Shown: positions 7,879-18,253, numbered from the stretch's first letter. The stretch is DNA of 64,000 nt from Candidatus Aenigmatarchaeota archaeon (GCA_046539325.1 JBKHHD010000006.1:3898-67897); one strand, 5' to 3'. Numbers and translations: made by a program. Notes: generated from the sequence alone by a model not told the origin.

Positions 7879-10170
7879 ATGGAAGGGATAAAGGACGAAA
7901 CCAAGGAAGAGATAAAGAAAGGTATAGCAGAGGCACTCGAAGAACTCGGAGCAGAGTTGAAGGGGGGTAAAGAAGAGGCTGATAAACTTGATAGAGATGT
8001 AAGACAAGGACCCGGGGCCAGAAATATATTGAATATGTTACAGGCCGGCGTCAAGAAAGGGGACTTCAATGAAGATACCGAGGAAGACGAAGATGATAAA
8101 TCAAAAGACGACGAAGAGAAAGATTTTTCTGACGGAATTGAGGAGGTAAGTTCAGAAATAGAAGAAAGGTCTGTGGAAGAAGAAGTAGACGAGGAAATAC
8201 CAATCTCAGAACCACCCGTAAATGATATTGAAGAAGTAGAGGTAATAGAAGACGAAGAAAAACAGGGACCTGAAGCTGTGGAAGAGGAAGAAGAGGTTAC
8301 AGAGGAAGATGAAGGAGATAGTGAGATCGTCGAAGATATACTTGAAAGGCTTCGCACTGGACTTAGCTACAGATATACTGAAAGGGAGGGGAAAATTAAA
8401 CAATTCAGAGGTAAAACTGAAGGTACTGAGCCAAGACAGAAAGGGATTAATCCGAGGCAAGAACAAAGAATACCTCCTGAAAGCTCGTCTCCACAAAGAG
8501 CCGGTGCACCATCTCAAGGTCAAACATCCTCCGAAAGAAGTCAGGATGAGTCAGGAGTAGAATCCTATGTTTTTGAAAACGCGACCTTGGAAGAAGGGAC
8601 AAAGCTCCCAAATACAAGCTGGGAAGGATCCACGTCTATAGACCTAGGAAAGGATGAAAAAGATGAGAAGCTCACAAATATAGACGAATACTACAGCCTT
8701 GTACCCAAAAATCCTGAGCCTGACGAGGATATATATGCATACGCCCACATAACATGGGACGAAGAAAAAAATTCTCTGGTATACAGAGTTACCGAGCCTG
8801 AGCTTTCGGACAAAGATGAAGAACTCCTTGAAAAGATAAGAGAAGGTATAGAGGAGAGGCTTGATGTAGATTTCGAGTCACTGGGAAAAATAAAGGCAAG
8901 AGGTTACCTATCCAGGAGGATGGAGGAGATTCTTGAACTGCTCGGAGAGGAAGTCAGCGGAATCAGAAAAAAGGCGATACGATATTATCTTGAAAGAGAC
9001 TTCGTGGATATGGGTAAAATAGAGCCTCTTATGCGTGATCCAAATATAGAAGAAATTTCATGTGACGGTGTTGGAATACCTATATTTGTTTACCATCGAA
9101 ATGCAAAATACGGATCTCTGGAGACAAACATAGCTTTTGAGAACGAAGAAAGGCTTGATCAATACGTAATGAGGCTTGGTCAGAAGGTAGGTAAAACAGT
9201 TTCTATGTCCAATCCTCTGGTTGACGCTTCGCTTCCCGATGGGTCAAGACTCCAGGCAACACTGGGCACAGATATCGCAAGGAAGGGTTCTAACTTTACC
9301 ATAAGGAAATTTACAGAAAATCCTCTGACACCTACCGATCTCATAGAGTTTGAAACAGTTGATCCAAGAACTCTTGCATACCTCTGGTTGGCTATAGAAA
9401 ACCAAAAATCGGTCTTAATCTCTGGCGGAACAGCAACAGGTAAGACAACCATGCTCAATGTAATATCCCTTTTCATAAAGCCAGAGATGAAGATAGTCAC
9501 CATTGAAGATACAGCAGAACTGAGGTTACCCCACAACCACTGGGTCCCCGAAGTAGCTAGAGAGGCCATGGCCAAAGAGGGCTCGGACACAGTAGATATG
9601 TTTGACCTCCTCAAAGAGTCTTTGAGGCAGAGGCCGGACTACATAGTCGTGGGTGAAGTGAGGGGCGCTGAGGCATTTGTCCTATTCCAGCAGATGTCAA
9701 CAGGCCATCCCGGCCTGGCTACAATACATGCCGAGAACCCCGAAAGGCTCATAAGCCGTCTTACCACGAAGCCTATAGACCTACCCCCTTCACTTCTCAG
9801 CGCTCTTGATATAGTTATATTCCTGCGTAAAGTTAGGAAAGGCGGTACCCTTCAAAGGAAAATAGACCAGATAGTTGAAGTAAAGAGGTTCTCAAGGGAA
9901 GAAAACGTTCCAAAGATGAACCGTGTATTCAAATGGAACCCCCGGAAGGACGAACTCGTAAATGAAAATCCTAGCTTGATACTAAATGAGATCTCAGAAC
10001 TGAAAGGTATGGACAAAGAGGAATTGAGGAGGGAAATAAAGGATAGAGAAAGAGTGATAGAATGGATGGTACACGAGGGAGTTAGAGATCTTGATACAAT
10101 AGGTAACGTACTTTCAAAATATTACTCGGAAAGAGAAACCCTCCTGGAAAAAATAGAGACCCGAGGGTAA
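7879..10170 (+). CDS. type IV pilus/archaellum-family assembly ATPase (FlaI/PilB/VirB11 superfamily) with ~300-aa acidic N-terminal extension
   Basis: Walker A SGGTATGKTTMLN, RQRPDYIVVGEVRGAEA, His-box TGHPGLATIHA; the first ~230 aa are E/D/K low complexity. Confidence 0.9.
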   Translation: MEGIKDETKEEIKKGIAEALEELGAELKGGKEEADKLDRDVRQGPGARNILNMLQAGVKKGDFNEDTEEDEDDKSKDDEEKDFSDGIEEVSSEIEERSVEEEVDEEIPISEPPVNDIEEVEVIEDEEKQGPEAVEEEEEVTEEDEGDSEIVEDILERLRTGLSYRYTEREGKIKQFRGKTEGTEPRQKGINPRQEQRIPPESSSPQRAGAPSQGQTSSERSQDESGVESYVFENATLEEGTKLPNTSWEGSTSIDLGKDEKDEKLTNIDEYYSLVPKNPEPDEDIYAYAHITWDEEKNSLVYRVTEPELSDKDEELLEKIREGIEERLDVDFESLGKIKARGYLSRRMEEILELLGEEVSGIRKKAIRYYLERDFVDMGKIEPLMRDPNIEEISCDGVGIPIFVYHRNAKYGSLETNIAFENEERLDQYVMRLGQKVGKTVSMSNPLVDASLPDGSRLQATLGTDIARKGSNFTIRKFTENPLTPTDLIEFETVDPRTLAYLWLAIENQKSVLISGGTATGKTTMLNVISLFIKPEMKIVTIEDTAELRLPHNHWVPEVAREAMAKEGSDTVDMFDLLKESLRQRPDYIVVGEVRGAEAFVLFQQMSTGHPGLATIHAENPERLISRLTTKPIDLPPSLLSALDIVIFLRKVRKGGTLQRKIDQIVEVKRFSREENVPKMNRVFKWNPRKDELVNENPSLILNEISELKGMDKEELRREIKDRERVIEWMVHEGVRDLDTIGNVLSKYYSERETLLEKIETRG

Positions 10171-10175
10171 TAGCT

Positions 10176-11060
10176 TTGAACTTCAAAGAATGGTACAGAA
10201 AAAAGTCTGTCGGACTCTTCTCCGGATACATAGAGCCCTACATACATTACTTTGAGGACCTTAAGCCCGATCTGACAAAGGCAGATATCAATGTCTCATT
10301 GAGAGAGTATCTTTCTATGGCTATCATGACTATAGTTATAGTATTCTCAATAGAAATGCCCCTGATAGCCTTCATAGTTGGACTGATGCCTGAATTTACG
10401 ATTCCTATGGCTGTGTTCTTTTCCCTTACGGTATCGCTCGGTGTCGCTGGAATGATAGCCTTCATGTTTTATATACATCCCTCTTTGAGGGCAAGTTCTA
10501 GGGGTGAGAATATAGAACATGGTGTCCCTTTTGCAGCGACATATTTAGCAACGATCTCGGGAAGTGGTATACATCCTGCCGATATGTTCAAAATACTTTC
10601 AGAGTTCGAAAGCTACGAAGAAATAGCCGAGGAAGCCGAAAAAATATCGACGAGGGTAGAACTCTTCGGAATGAATATAACGGAAGCTATCTCACGCTCC
10701 GCTAAGGGCTCACCTTCGGAAAGGCTCAGTGACCTATTATGGGGTATGATAACAACAATAAGGAGCGGTACGGATCTATCCGAATATCTCCAAGGAAAGT
10801 CCAGGGAGCTTATGAGAGAGTACGAAAGAGACCTGGAGGAGTATTCTGAGAGTCTTGGGACCTTCCTACAGATATACCTCACCCTGATAATAGTTGGGTC
10901 CATATTTACTGTCATAGTGACCTCAATCATGTCGGCATTCGGACTCGGTGCAGAAATGGCTGGAATGATAACTATTATACAGTTTTCAGTGGTTTTCATA
11001 TTTTTACCTGTGATAACATTAGGATTTGTATGGTTACTCCAGACAACCTACCCAGGGTGA
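10176..11060 (+). CDS. pilus platform membrane protein, FlaJ/TadC/PilC-like (T2SS-F domain), first half
   Basis: TTG start; TM helices flanking a cytoplasmic helical domain (ISRSAKGSPSERLSDLLWGMITTIRSGTDLSEYL). Confidence 0.75.
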   Translation: MNFKEWYRKKSVGLFSGYIEPYIHYFEDLKPDLTKADINVSLREYLSMAIMTIVIVFSIEMPLIAFIVGLMPEFTIPMAVFFSLTVSLGVAGMIAFMFYIHPSLRASSRGENIEHGVPFAATYLATISGSGIHPADMFKILSEFESYEEIAEEAEKISTRVELFGMNITEAISRSAKGSPSERLSDLLWGMITTIRSGTDLSEYLQGKSRELMREYERDLEEYSESLGTFLQIYLTLIIVGSIFTVIVTSIMSAFGLGAEMAGMITIIQFSVVFIFLPVITLGFVWLLQTTYPG

Positions 11061-11065
11061 TGTAA

Positions 11066-12025
11066 ATGTTGGATGAAATTCAAAGACAGATGGACAAAGA
11101 AGACAAGCTCTTAATCTTTCCTGCAGTCTTCTCTGTATTTCTTATCCTTGGTGTAGTCCTGCTACATCCTGAACCAGGCATGATCGGAATAACTATACTT
11201 CTTTCTATAATGATATCCATCTCACCCTACGCGATATGGAAGTACTTCAGGGTGAAAAAGGTGAAGGGAATGGAGAAACAGTTCCCTAATTTCCTGAGGG
11301 ATCTCGTCGAGGCTAAGAAAAGTGGCCTGACACTGACTGAAGCCCTAAAGGAGGCCTCTGAAAACGAGTATGGAATGCTAAACGAAGAAGTAGAGAAGAT
11401 GAGCAACCAGCTGTCATGGAATATGAGCTTTGATGAGGTTATGACGAAGTTCGGCGAAAGAAACAAGGATAGCGATATGATAAGCAGGACCGTAAAAATA
11501 ATAATGGAAGCTAAGAGGAGCGGCGGGAACATAATCTCTGCCATGGAAACTATATCTTCAGATGTTTCGAGACTAATAGAAATAGAGAAAAAAAGGAAGT
11601 CAGAGATGTCTCAACATGCGGCTGTAATGTACCTCATATATTTCATGTTTCTTGCCATAACTATAATACTATCTAAAATTCTAGTTCCTATGACTACAGA
11701 AATAGGAGGTGAAGGTGGTAAAGCACTGATGATAGGCAGCGGAGGTACTATTTGCTCGCCAGCCACACAACCTTCTGAGGAGCTTATATGTTCGATGTTT
11801 GAAGGTATAGCGTTAGCACTCGGAATAGGTGGGGAGGGTGGAGCTTACTACGAAGGACTCTTTTTGTCTATGGTACTGGTCCAAGGAATGTTTTCTGGTC
11901 TCATAATAGGACAGATAAGGAACAATTCTGCTGTGAGTGGCATCAAGCACTCTCTTATAATGACGGGCGTTGGTCTGGTAACCTATATAATAGCCGCTAG
12001 GTACGTAACAATTGAAATAATCTGA
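11066..12025 (+). CDS. pilus platform membrane protein, FlaJ/TadC/PilC-like, second half
   Basis: LRDLVEAKKSGLTLTEALKEAS...IIMEAKRSGGNIISAMETISSDV is a typical T2SS-F repeat; lies 5 nt after the previous stop. Confidence 0.75.
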   Translation: MLDEIQRQMDKEDKLLIFPAVFSVFLILGVVLLHPEPGMIGITILLSIMISISPYAIWKYFRVKKVKGMEKQFPNFLRDLVEAKKSGLTLTEALKEASENEYGMLNEEVEKMSNQLSWNMSFDEVMTKFGERNKDSDMISRTVKIIMEAKRSGGNIISAMETISSDVSRLIEIEKKRKSEMSQHAAVMYLIYFMFLAITIILSKILVPMTTEIGGEGGKALMIGSGGTICSPATQPSEELICSMFEGIALALGIGGEGGAYYEGLFLSMVLVQGMFSGLIIGQIRNNSAVSGIKHSLIMTGVGLVTYIIAARYVTIEII

Positions 12026-12030
12026 TCACC

Positions 12031-12492
12031 ATGAAGTTTCTCAAAGAATCAGTAAAGGGACAGTTCAGCATAGAATACTTGATAGCCTTCCTTCTATTTT
12101 CAATAGTCATACTTTATATATCTTTCCAGGCTGCAGACGTTTTACCTCAAATCTTAACAGAAAGAGCAGTGTCGCGCAAGGATGCAGAAGCCCACAGGAT
12201 AACAAATTTTCTTGCTGAAAACGAAGGTGGTCTTGCTGACGAACCATACAGGTTGAATAAAACAAAGTTGAATGAATGGAAAGAAAGATGTGATGAAGAC
12301 TACGATAAGACAATAAAAATGCTTGGTCTAGAGGAAATATCAGGTGTACAGATAAAAAGGTTTGACAGCTACGGAGGCCACGACATTTGTTCAGGACCAC
12401 CCGTTCCATCAGGCGTAAGCCTGGGCTATGCAGTAAGTTTCGGATATATACAAGGCGAGGAGATAAACAGACTAGAGGTGGTAGTATGGTAG
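12031..12492 (+). CDS. pilin-like protein (MKFLKESVKG|QFSIEYLIAFLLFSIVILY)
   Basis: Class III signal-peptide pattern. Confidence 0.6.
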   Translation: MKFLKESVKGQFSIEYLIAFLLFSIVILYISFQAADVLPQILTERAVSRKDAEAHRITNFLAENEGGLADEPYRLNKTKLNEWKERCDEDYDKTIKMLGLEEISGVQIKRFDSYGGHDICSGPPVPSGVSLGYAVSFGYIQGEEINRLEVVVW

Positions 12493-13844
12493 GTAGGAAG
12501 GGTTTTGTATACATAATGGAGGTAGTACTTATATCAGTAATACTAGTTGTTTCTCTTGGTTTTCTTTTAAGGCCACTTGACGTAGATGAAGACTGGACCT
12601 CAATGGACCTCGGGAAGGTAGGTAGAAGTGCTTTGTTGTCCATAGACAGGAGAGATGGTTTAGAAAATACTGTGTTTTTAGAAGAACCGTACCTTGAGGA
12701 TGAGCTGGACGAGCTATTTTACTCCAAGAGTGATATGAACGTGAGATATAACTTAAGGATGGAACATACATACGCCAGAAAACTTACGGTTGGATTTAAC
12801 TGTACTGGTGAAGGCTGCTCGATGGACGCAGAGGAAAGCCATAGCGAGAAGGAGGAATACAGGAGGTTATGGGAAACGATCGACGAGTCCTGGATGAACA
12901 ACAGATCCAGAAATGTAGTAATGGAGGGAGTCAAACTTGACGGTGATGAAGTCACTGAAGGTGAAATCGATGTCTTGTTTATAAGAGGTGAAGATCAGCT
13001 TGAGGAAGCAAATGAGAGCATAGACGAGATAAAGGCTTTCCTTGACAGTGGAGGCGCAGTAATCCAGTTAACGGACTTCAACGAGGTCAATGATTACGCT
13101 ATCCAGGAAGAGATATTCGAACTGGAAAATCCCGAAACACCAAAGAACGAGATATATTTCGAAAACAGGTACGATCCTGAAAAACCTAACTACGAACCTT
13201 CAAAGCTTTTCTACGGAGTCGGCAGCATTGTAAATACTGGACAACCCGGAATAACGAAGCCAAGGGAAGGAACATGGAAGCTAAGGGACCGTGAATACAC
13301 TGTAGAGGTAGATGAAAACGACGCTGAAGTTAACGTAACCAATGAAACAGGACACGTTTTATGCAGCAGCTGCAGTGAAGGTGAAAGTTTTGAACTGGAC
13401 ATTGAAGACCTCGAAGGTGATGCTTCAGTAAGAAAAATTAGAAATCCTGATGAAGGGGCTTATAGAAATCAGACAGTTGTATGGTTCGACTACCCAGGAA
13501 GCTATGAATTTTTATCTGGAAGTTTCACAAGCTCCGCAGAAGGATCTGAAGACTATTCAGAAGTGACGAGGGATGAGGCTGTCATGGTCTTAAACGAGGT
13601 TCATGGTGGAAGGACTGTATGGGTATCGTCACCTGAAGACGGGGAGATAGGCGCTGATATGAAGGACGATCTAAAGAGTCTAATCCGTGCCGGGCTCCTC
13701 TGGTCCGGAGAACGAGGTGAATGGTTGAAGGAAGCAGAAAAATCACCAGAAAGAAGGTCATCGTATATTACACATTATGGCTCCTACAAAAAGGATATAT
13801 ACGAGCCCTACAAGATAACTATGGAAATCTGGTACACATACTGA
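12486..13844 (+). CDS. large pilin-like / pilus-associated protein (MVGRKG|FVYIMEVVLISVILVVSLGF)
   Basis: Start moved from track 12387 to ATG 12486, which overlaps the upstream stop and exposes a class III signal-peptide-like N-terminus; 452 aa. Confidence 0.6.
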   Translation: MVGRKGFVYIMEVVLISVILVVSLGFLLRPLDVDEDWTSMDLGKVGRSALLSIDRRDGLENTVFLEEPYLEDELDELFYSKSDMNVRYNLRMEHTYARKLTVGFNCTGEGCSMDAEESHSEKEEYRRLWETIDESWMNNRSRNVVMEGVKLDGDEVTEGEIDVLFIRGEDQLEEANESIDEIKAFLDSGGAVIQLTDFNEVNDYAIQEEIFELENPETPKNEIYFENRYDPEKPNYEPSKLFYGVGSIVNTGQPGITKPREGTWKLRDREYTVEVDENDAEVNVTNETGHVLCSSCSEGESFELDIEDLEGDASVRKIRNPDEGAYRNQTVVWFDYPGSYEFLSGSFTSSAEGSEDYSEVTRDEAVMVLNEVHGGRTVWVSSPEDGEIGADMKDDLKSLIRAGLLWSGERGEWLKEAEKSPERRSSYITHYGSYKKDIYEPYKITMEIWYTY

Positions 13845-13854
13845 GGTCTATTCC

Positions 13855-14535
13855 ATGAAGAAAAAGTTCTGTGTCAAGTGCGGCGAAGAGACAGAAGAGC
13901 TAGTTGAAAGTCTTTGCAAGAGCTGTTTCTCTGAAACAAAGGAATGGACCAAGATACCGGACAGGCTACAGGTTACAAAATGCAAGGGATGTAGAAGAAA
14001 GAAAGTTGAGGGCTGGGTGGACATGCCTCTAAGAAAAGCGATCCTAAAGAGCCTGGAGAAAGGGATAACTTCAAAGGGTCAGATAGAATCGATAGACATA
14101 GAAATACAGGAAGAGAGATCTAAAGCTGTGGCTACAGTAAAGGGCAAGCTGAAAGGTGTGGAAATGGAAACCAAGAAAGAAATTGATCTTAAGATAGAAG
14201 AAAGTCTCTGTGGTGAGTGCAAGAAGATCAACACAGGATATTTTGAAGCCACTGTACAGGTACGTATAGAAGACGGTAACACTGAAAAAATTCTGGACGA
14301 CTGTGAAGAAATTCTGAGACAAAGAAAAACAAAAGAAGCAATGGTTTCAGGTGTCGAGGAAAGGAAGAACGGCTTCGATATACTTATGCCATCGAACTCA
14401 GCAGCAAAATATCTAACAAAGGAACTTGCCAAGAGGTACAATGTCGAGAGGAAAGAAAGCAAGACTCTAAAGGGACTGGAGGACGGACACAAGACCTACA
14501 GAAGCACTTACTTAGTAAGAATTTTGGGTTCCTGA
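13855..14535 (+). CDS. NMD3-family protein (archaeal, short form)
   Basis: N-terminal CxxC..CxxC, then CKGC and CGEC zinc-knuckle pattern typical of NMD3. Confidence 0.7.
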   Translation: MKKKFCVKCGEETEELVESLCKSCFSETKEWTKIPDRLQVTKCKGCRRKKVEGWVDMPLRKAILKSLEKGITSKGQIESIDIEIQEERSKAVATVKGKLKGVEMETKKEIDLKIEESLCGECKKINTGYFEATVQVRIEDGNTEKILDDCEEILRQRKTKEAMVSGVEERKNGFDILMPSNSAAKYLTKELAKRYNVERKESKTLKGLEDGHKTYRSTYLVRILGS

Positions 14536-14577
14536 AAACTACAATACATTTTTAAAATTTGAAAATAAGGTTTGGAC

Positions 14578-14877
14578 ATGCCTGAAGAAGAAAAGTCGAG
14601 GCTGAGAGAGCCTAACGATGATCAAGTTCTAGGGAAGGTTATAGAACTACTTGGAGCTGATAGACTTAGGGTTGAGTGTGAGGACGGCGAAGAGAGGATA
14701 GTAAGGATCCCAGGTAAGCTGAAGAAAAGGGTATGGGTAAACAGGGACGATATAGTAATTGTAGAGCCTTGGGACATAGAGAGTGAGGAAAAGGGCGACA
14801 TGGTTTGGCGCTACAACAAGAACAAGATACCCCGCCTGAAGAAGAAGGGATACCTCAAGAGAATCTCTGTTTCTTGA
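14578..14877 (+). CDS. eif1a: translation initiation factor aIF-1A
   Basis: GKVIELLGADRLRVECEDGEERIVRIPGKLKKRVWVNRDDIVIVEPW S1-like core; ATG 14578 preferred over TTG 14572. Confidence 0.9.
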   Translation: MPEEEKSRLREPNDDQVLGKVIELLGADRLRVECEDGEERIVRIPGKLKKRVWVNRDDIVIVEPWDIESEEKGDMVWRYNKNKIPRLKKKGYLKRISVS

Positions 14878-14892
14878 TTTTTTGGTGTTTGA

Positions 14893-15393
14893 ATGAAGGA
14901 CAACATTAGATTCACAGAGGAAAGGATAAAGATAGTCGAAAAAAATAAAGATAAAATAGAAAGAAAGTCAGATACAGATATAACTATAAATGGACTTGAC
15001 GTATCCGTAGAAGGCGAGGCAGTGGACGTACTCAAGGCAAGGAATATAATGGACGCTCTTTTCGAAGGCTTTACTCTCGACGAATCGTTTAAACTTTTAA
15101 ATGAGAAAAATCAACTAAAGGTTGTTCGTTTGAAGGACTTCGCTTCCTCGGGCATGTCCGTTGAAAAACTTAAGGGGAGGATAATCGGCGAGGGTGGAAG
15201 GACAAAGAGACTTATAGAGGAGCTGGCGAAGGTTTCATTATCCGTACACGGAAAAAACGTTTCGATGATAGGCAACGCGAGGGAAGTGTCTGCCGCGACA
15301 AAGGCTGTGCAGATGCTTGTAAACGGAAAGCCTCACAACAAGGTATACAGGTACCTTGAACAAAATCAACCTGACAACGAAGAGATGGTATAG
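14893..15393 (+). CDS. KH-domain RNA-binding protein (Dim2/Pno1-like)
   Basis: GRIIGEGGRTKRLIEEL GxxG KH motif; position next to aIF-1A is common in archaea. Confidence 0.7.
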   Translation: MKDNIRFTEERIKIVEKNKDKIERKSDTDITINGLDVSVEGEAVDVLKARNIMDALFEGFTLDESFKLLNEKNQLKVVRLKDFASSGMSVEKLKGRIIGEGGRTKRLIEELAKVSLSVHGKNVSMIGNAREVSAATKAVQMLVNGKPHNKVYRYLEQNQPDNEEMV

Positions 15394-16977
15394 ATGCCAG
15401 GAAAAACAGCTGAGGAAATGGCACTGGACCAGAAGGAGATTTCTGTTGCCGAGTTCTTTGAGAAGAACAGACACCTCCTTGGGTTCGACAATCCGGCCAA
15501 AGCTCTCATAACTGTGGTAAAGGAAGGTGTTGACAACGCCCTGGACGCTTGTGAAGAAGCAGGGAAGCTACCACACCTTAAGGTAAATATAGACGAGGAA
15601 GGTAAGAACAAGTACAATATATCCCTCAAAGACAACGGTCCTGGAATTGTAAAGGAACAGATGCCCTCAATTTTCGGGAAGCTCCTCTACGGTTCAAAGT
15701 TCCACAGCCGTAAGCAGAGCAGAGGGCAACAGGGAATTGGAATCTCGGCTTCCGTTCTATATTCACAGCTAACCACTGGCAAGCCTGCTATCATTACTTC
15801 AAGGACCGATAAGAATTCACCTCCTAAGAGGTTCAAGCTTAAGATAGATACTGTAGAAAACGAGCCAGAAATACTTGAAGAAGAAGAACTAGAGGATGGC
15901 TTCGAGCCAGGAACTGAAATAACTGTCCATGTCGAAGGCAAATACCTTCAAAGGTACCACTCCGTTGACGAATATCTCAAACAAACAGCTATAGCTAATC
16001 CTTATGCACATATAGAGTATAGTAATCCAGAAGGCGAGGAATACGACTTCAAGAGGGCAGCAAACGAGCTACCTCCGGAGCCAAAGGAGATAAAACCACA
16101 CCCTTACGGCGTAGAGCTGGGCGTACTAGGAAGAATGTTAAAGAACACTGACTCCAACAAGATACTTTCGTTTCTGCAGAACGAGTTTACGAGGGTTGGG
16201 AGGACTTCTGCAGAGGAGATTTGCAGGCTAGCGGAGGTGGATCCTGACAAAAAACCTGATAAGCTTAATCATAGTGAACAAGAGGCAGTGCTCGACGCAA
16301 TGCAGAAAGTAAAGATTCAAAGGCCACCGACGGACTGCCTCTCGCCTATAGGCGCCAAACTGATAAAGAGCGGTCTTGGGAAGGAAATAAACGCGGAGTT
16401 CGTGACTTCTTCAAGCAGGGACCCTGAGGTCTACAGGGGGAATCCGTTCCAGGTTGAGGTAGGGATAGCTTACGGCGGTGAGCTGGAAGAAAGGGAAAAC
16501 GAAAAAGTAAAGATTATGAGATATGCGAACAAAGTACCGCTACTATACCAGGCCTCTTCTTGCGCTATAACAAAGGCTCTGGAGAGGACGGACTGGAAAC
16601 GGTATGGCTTAGAACAGCCTGGAAGCAACGGAACGCCCAAGGGACCTGCAACCATATTCGTACATTTGTGTTCGACCTGGGTACCGTTCACCTCTGAGTC
16701 CAAGGAGTCTATAGCAAGATATCCTAAGATCGTCAAGGAGATAAAGCTCGGTCTTCAGGAATGTGCCCGTGACCTGAAGCGACACCTGTCAAAGAAGCAG
16801 AAAGGGAAGAAGGAGAAGAGGAGGAAGAAGATTTTCAGCAACTACATGCCGCTTGTACTTGAAAACGCTGTAGAACTTACAGGTGAAGGTCAGGATCTAT
16901 CAATAGATCCAATCATGCAAAGAGTTATAGATGAGGAACTTGTGGAAAAAGTAGAGGAAGGTGATGAGGATGAGTGA
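15394..16977 (+). CDS. top6B: DNA topoisomerase VI subunit B
   Basis: [32 protein letters not shown] (GHKL Bergerat fold), GQQGIGISA. Confidence 0.93.
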   Translation: MPGKTAEEMALDQKEISVAEFFEKNRHLLGFDNPAKALITVVKEGVDNALDACEEAGKLPHLKVNIDEEGKNKYNISLKDNGPGIVKEQMPSIFGKLLYGSKFHSRKQSRGQQGIGISASVLYSQLTTGKPAIITSRTDKNSPPKRFKLKIDTVENEPEILEEEELEDGFEPGTEITVHVEGKYLQRYHSVDEYLKQTAIANPYAHIEYSNPEGEEYDFKRAANELPPEPKEIKPHPYGVELGVLGRMLKNTDSNKILSFLQNEFTRVGRTSAEEICRLAEVDPDKKPDKLNHSEQEAVLDAMQKVKIQRPPTDCLSPIGAKLIKSGLGKEINAEFVTSSSRDPEVYRGNPFQVEVGIAYGGELEERENEKVKIMRYANKVPLLYQASSCAITKALERTDWKRYGLEQPGSNGTPKGPATIFVHLCSTWVPFTSESKESIARYPKIVKEIKLGLQECARDLKRHLSKKQKGKKEKRRKKIFSNYMPLVLENAVELTGEGQDLSIDPIMQRVIDEELVEKVEEGDEDE

Positions 16978-18058
16978 TGAGGAAATATCCGAGAGTCTGA
17001 CGGAAATAGGTGAAACTATAATCCAGAAGGTAAGTAACGATCAGGTTCCGTCGGTTCAAATACCTTCGAGGACAACTTCCAATATAGTCTACGATGAGAA
17101 CGCAAAATGTTACGTGCTTGGTGATAAAAGAACGAACAGGGACGCAGGAAATATAAGGCATGTCAAGAGGCTCGCGCAGATGCTTAAGGTCGCTAGCTTC
17201 TGCAAAAACGAGCTTATGGGCTCTGAGAGGCATGTCACAAAGAGAGAGCTTTATTACATATCAGAGTCCTGGGGCGATAAGCTGAAGTTTAAGACACAGG
17301 ACAGGAGCGACGATCTCGTGGAAGATATAGAAGCTATGATAGGAAGGCCAAGAGAGGATCTAAAGATAAATCCAAAGGCGAAGGGCTCCATATACGGCGA
17401 CATAACTCTGAAGTTCACGAACCCACGTGGAGAAACCATGGAAGTGAACTGCCTCGACTCTGCGGACGGACAGTCTATAGGACCGAGGACATGTGAGGCA
17501 GACATTGTTGAGTGCAATGCGGACAAGGTAATTGCCATAGAAACTGACGGTATGTACAACCGTCTTATGGAGGAGAACGCCCATGAGAAGTTCAACGCTG
17601 TTTTGGTCAACCTAGGAGGACAGGCGACCAGAGCCACGAGGAGGATAATCAAAAGGATAAACGAACTGAAAGATATTCCTGCTTACATCTTTACTGACTC
17701 AGATCCATGGGGACTACACATAGCCATGGTTATCATAGCAGGATCCGCGAAATCAGCCCATATAAACGAAAGGTTAGCAACACCCGATGCAAAGTGGCTT
17801 GGAGTTACGGCTTCAGATATAAAGAACTACAAACTGAGGTCGGACGAGCTAAGGGACGTCGACTTTAAAAGGGTTGATGAGCTGAAGGACGATCCAAGAT
17901 ATGCAAATGATAAAAGGCTCGTAAACGAGCTGAATAGATGGGAAGAAATAGGCAAGAAGTCAGAACAGCAGGCTCTCATGAGGTACGGTTTCGAGTACGT
18001 TGTCGACGAATACCTTCCGGCAAAGCTCGAAGAGCTAGGTGCGCCAGGGTTCAAGTGA
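16961..18058 (+). CDS. top6A: DNA topoisomerase VI subunit A (Spo11 homolog)
   Basis: VTKRELYY catalytic Tyr context, Toprim IAIETDG and FTDSDPWG; overlaps the top6B end. Confidence 0.93.
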   Translation: MMRMSDEEISESLTEIGETIIQKVSNDQVPSVQIPSRTTSNIVYDENAKCYVLGDKRTNRDAGNIRHVKRLAQMLKVASFCKNELMGSERHVTKRELYYISESWGDKLKFKTQDRSDDLVEDIEAMIGRPREDLKINPKAKGSIYGDITLKFTNPRGETMEVNCLDSADGQSIGPRTCEADIVECNADKVIAIETDGMYNRLMEENAHEKFNAVLVNLGGQATRATRRIIKRINELKDIPAYIFTDSDPWGLHIAMVIIAGSAKSAHINERLATPDAKWLGVTASDIKNYKLRSDELRDVDFKRVDELKDDPRYANDKRLVNELNRWEEIGKKSEQQALMRYGFEYVVDEYLPAKLEELGAPGFK

Positions 18059-18104
18059 GGGAATCTTTTAATATTTAAGTTCTAAGAAGGTAAAGGTGTT
18101 ACGG

Positions 18105-18177
18105 GCCCGGATAGCTCAGTAGGTAGAGCGCCACGCTGTTAACGTGGTTGTCGCAGGTTCGAATCCTGCTCCGGGCG
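18105..18177 (+). tRNA. tRNA-Asn(GUU), no intron
   Basis: GCCCGGA-TA-GCTC-AGTAGGTA-GAGC-G-CCACG-CTGTTAA-CGTGG-TTGTC-GCAGG-TTCGAAT-CCTGC-TCCGGGC-G. Confidence 0.93.
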
Positions 18178-18253
18178 CTATTCCCTCTCAAGGTAGCGAC
18201 TATGTTGTATTTTTAGGCACTACATTAAGATAGAAAAATTATTCAAACATAAA

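Noticed and set aside
7845-8357. Long antisense ORFs rich in Ser/Leu/Phe. Examples are 7845..8357(-), 4945..5556(-), 36382..37173(-), 37970..38509(-), 47340..48014(-), 59775..60137(-) and 41907..42473(-).
   Set aside because: They are mirror images of Glu/Lys/Asp-rich genes on the other strand (GAA/GAG/AAG read backwards as TTC/CTC/CTT). They are low complexity with no motifs, and each is fully covered by a recognisable gene.
12387-12485. Upstream extensions of track ORFs: 12387 (pilin-like), 3051-3224 (nfo), 26296-26418 (PHP), 22534-22617 (endA) and 768-812 (XRE).
   Set aside because: The extensions overlap neighbouring genes or promoters, are basic or low-complexity, and are absent from the conserved family N-termini. 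Internal ATGs give canonical N-termini.
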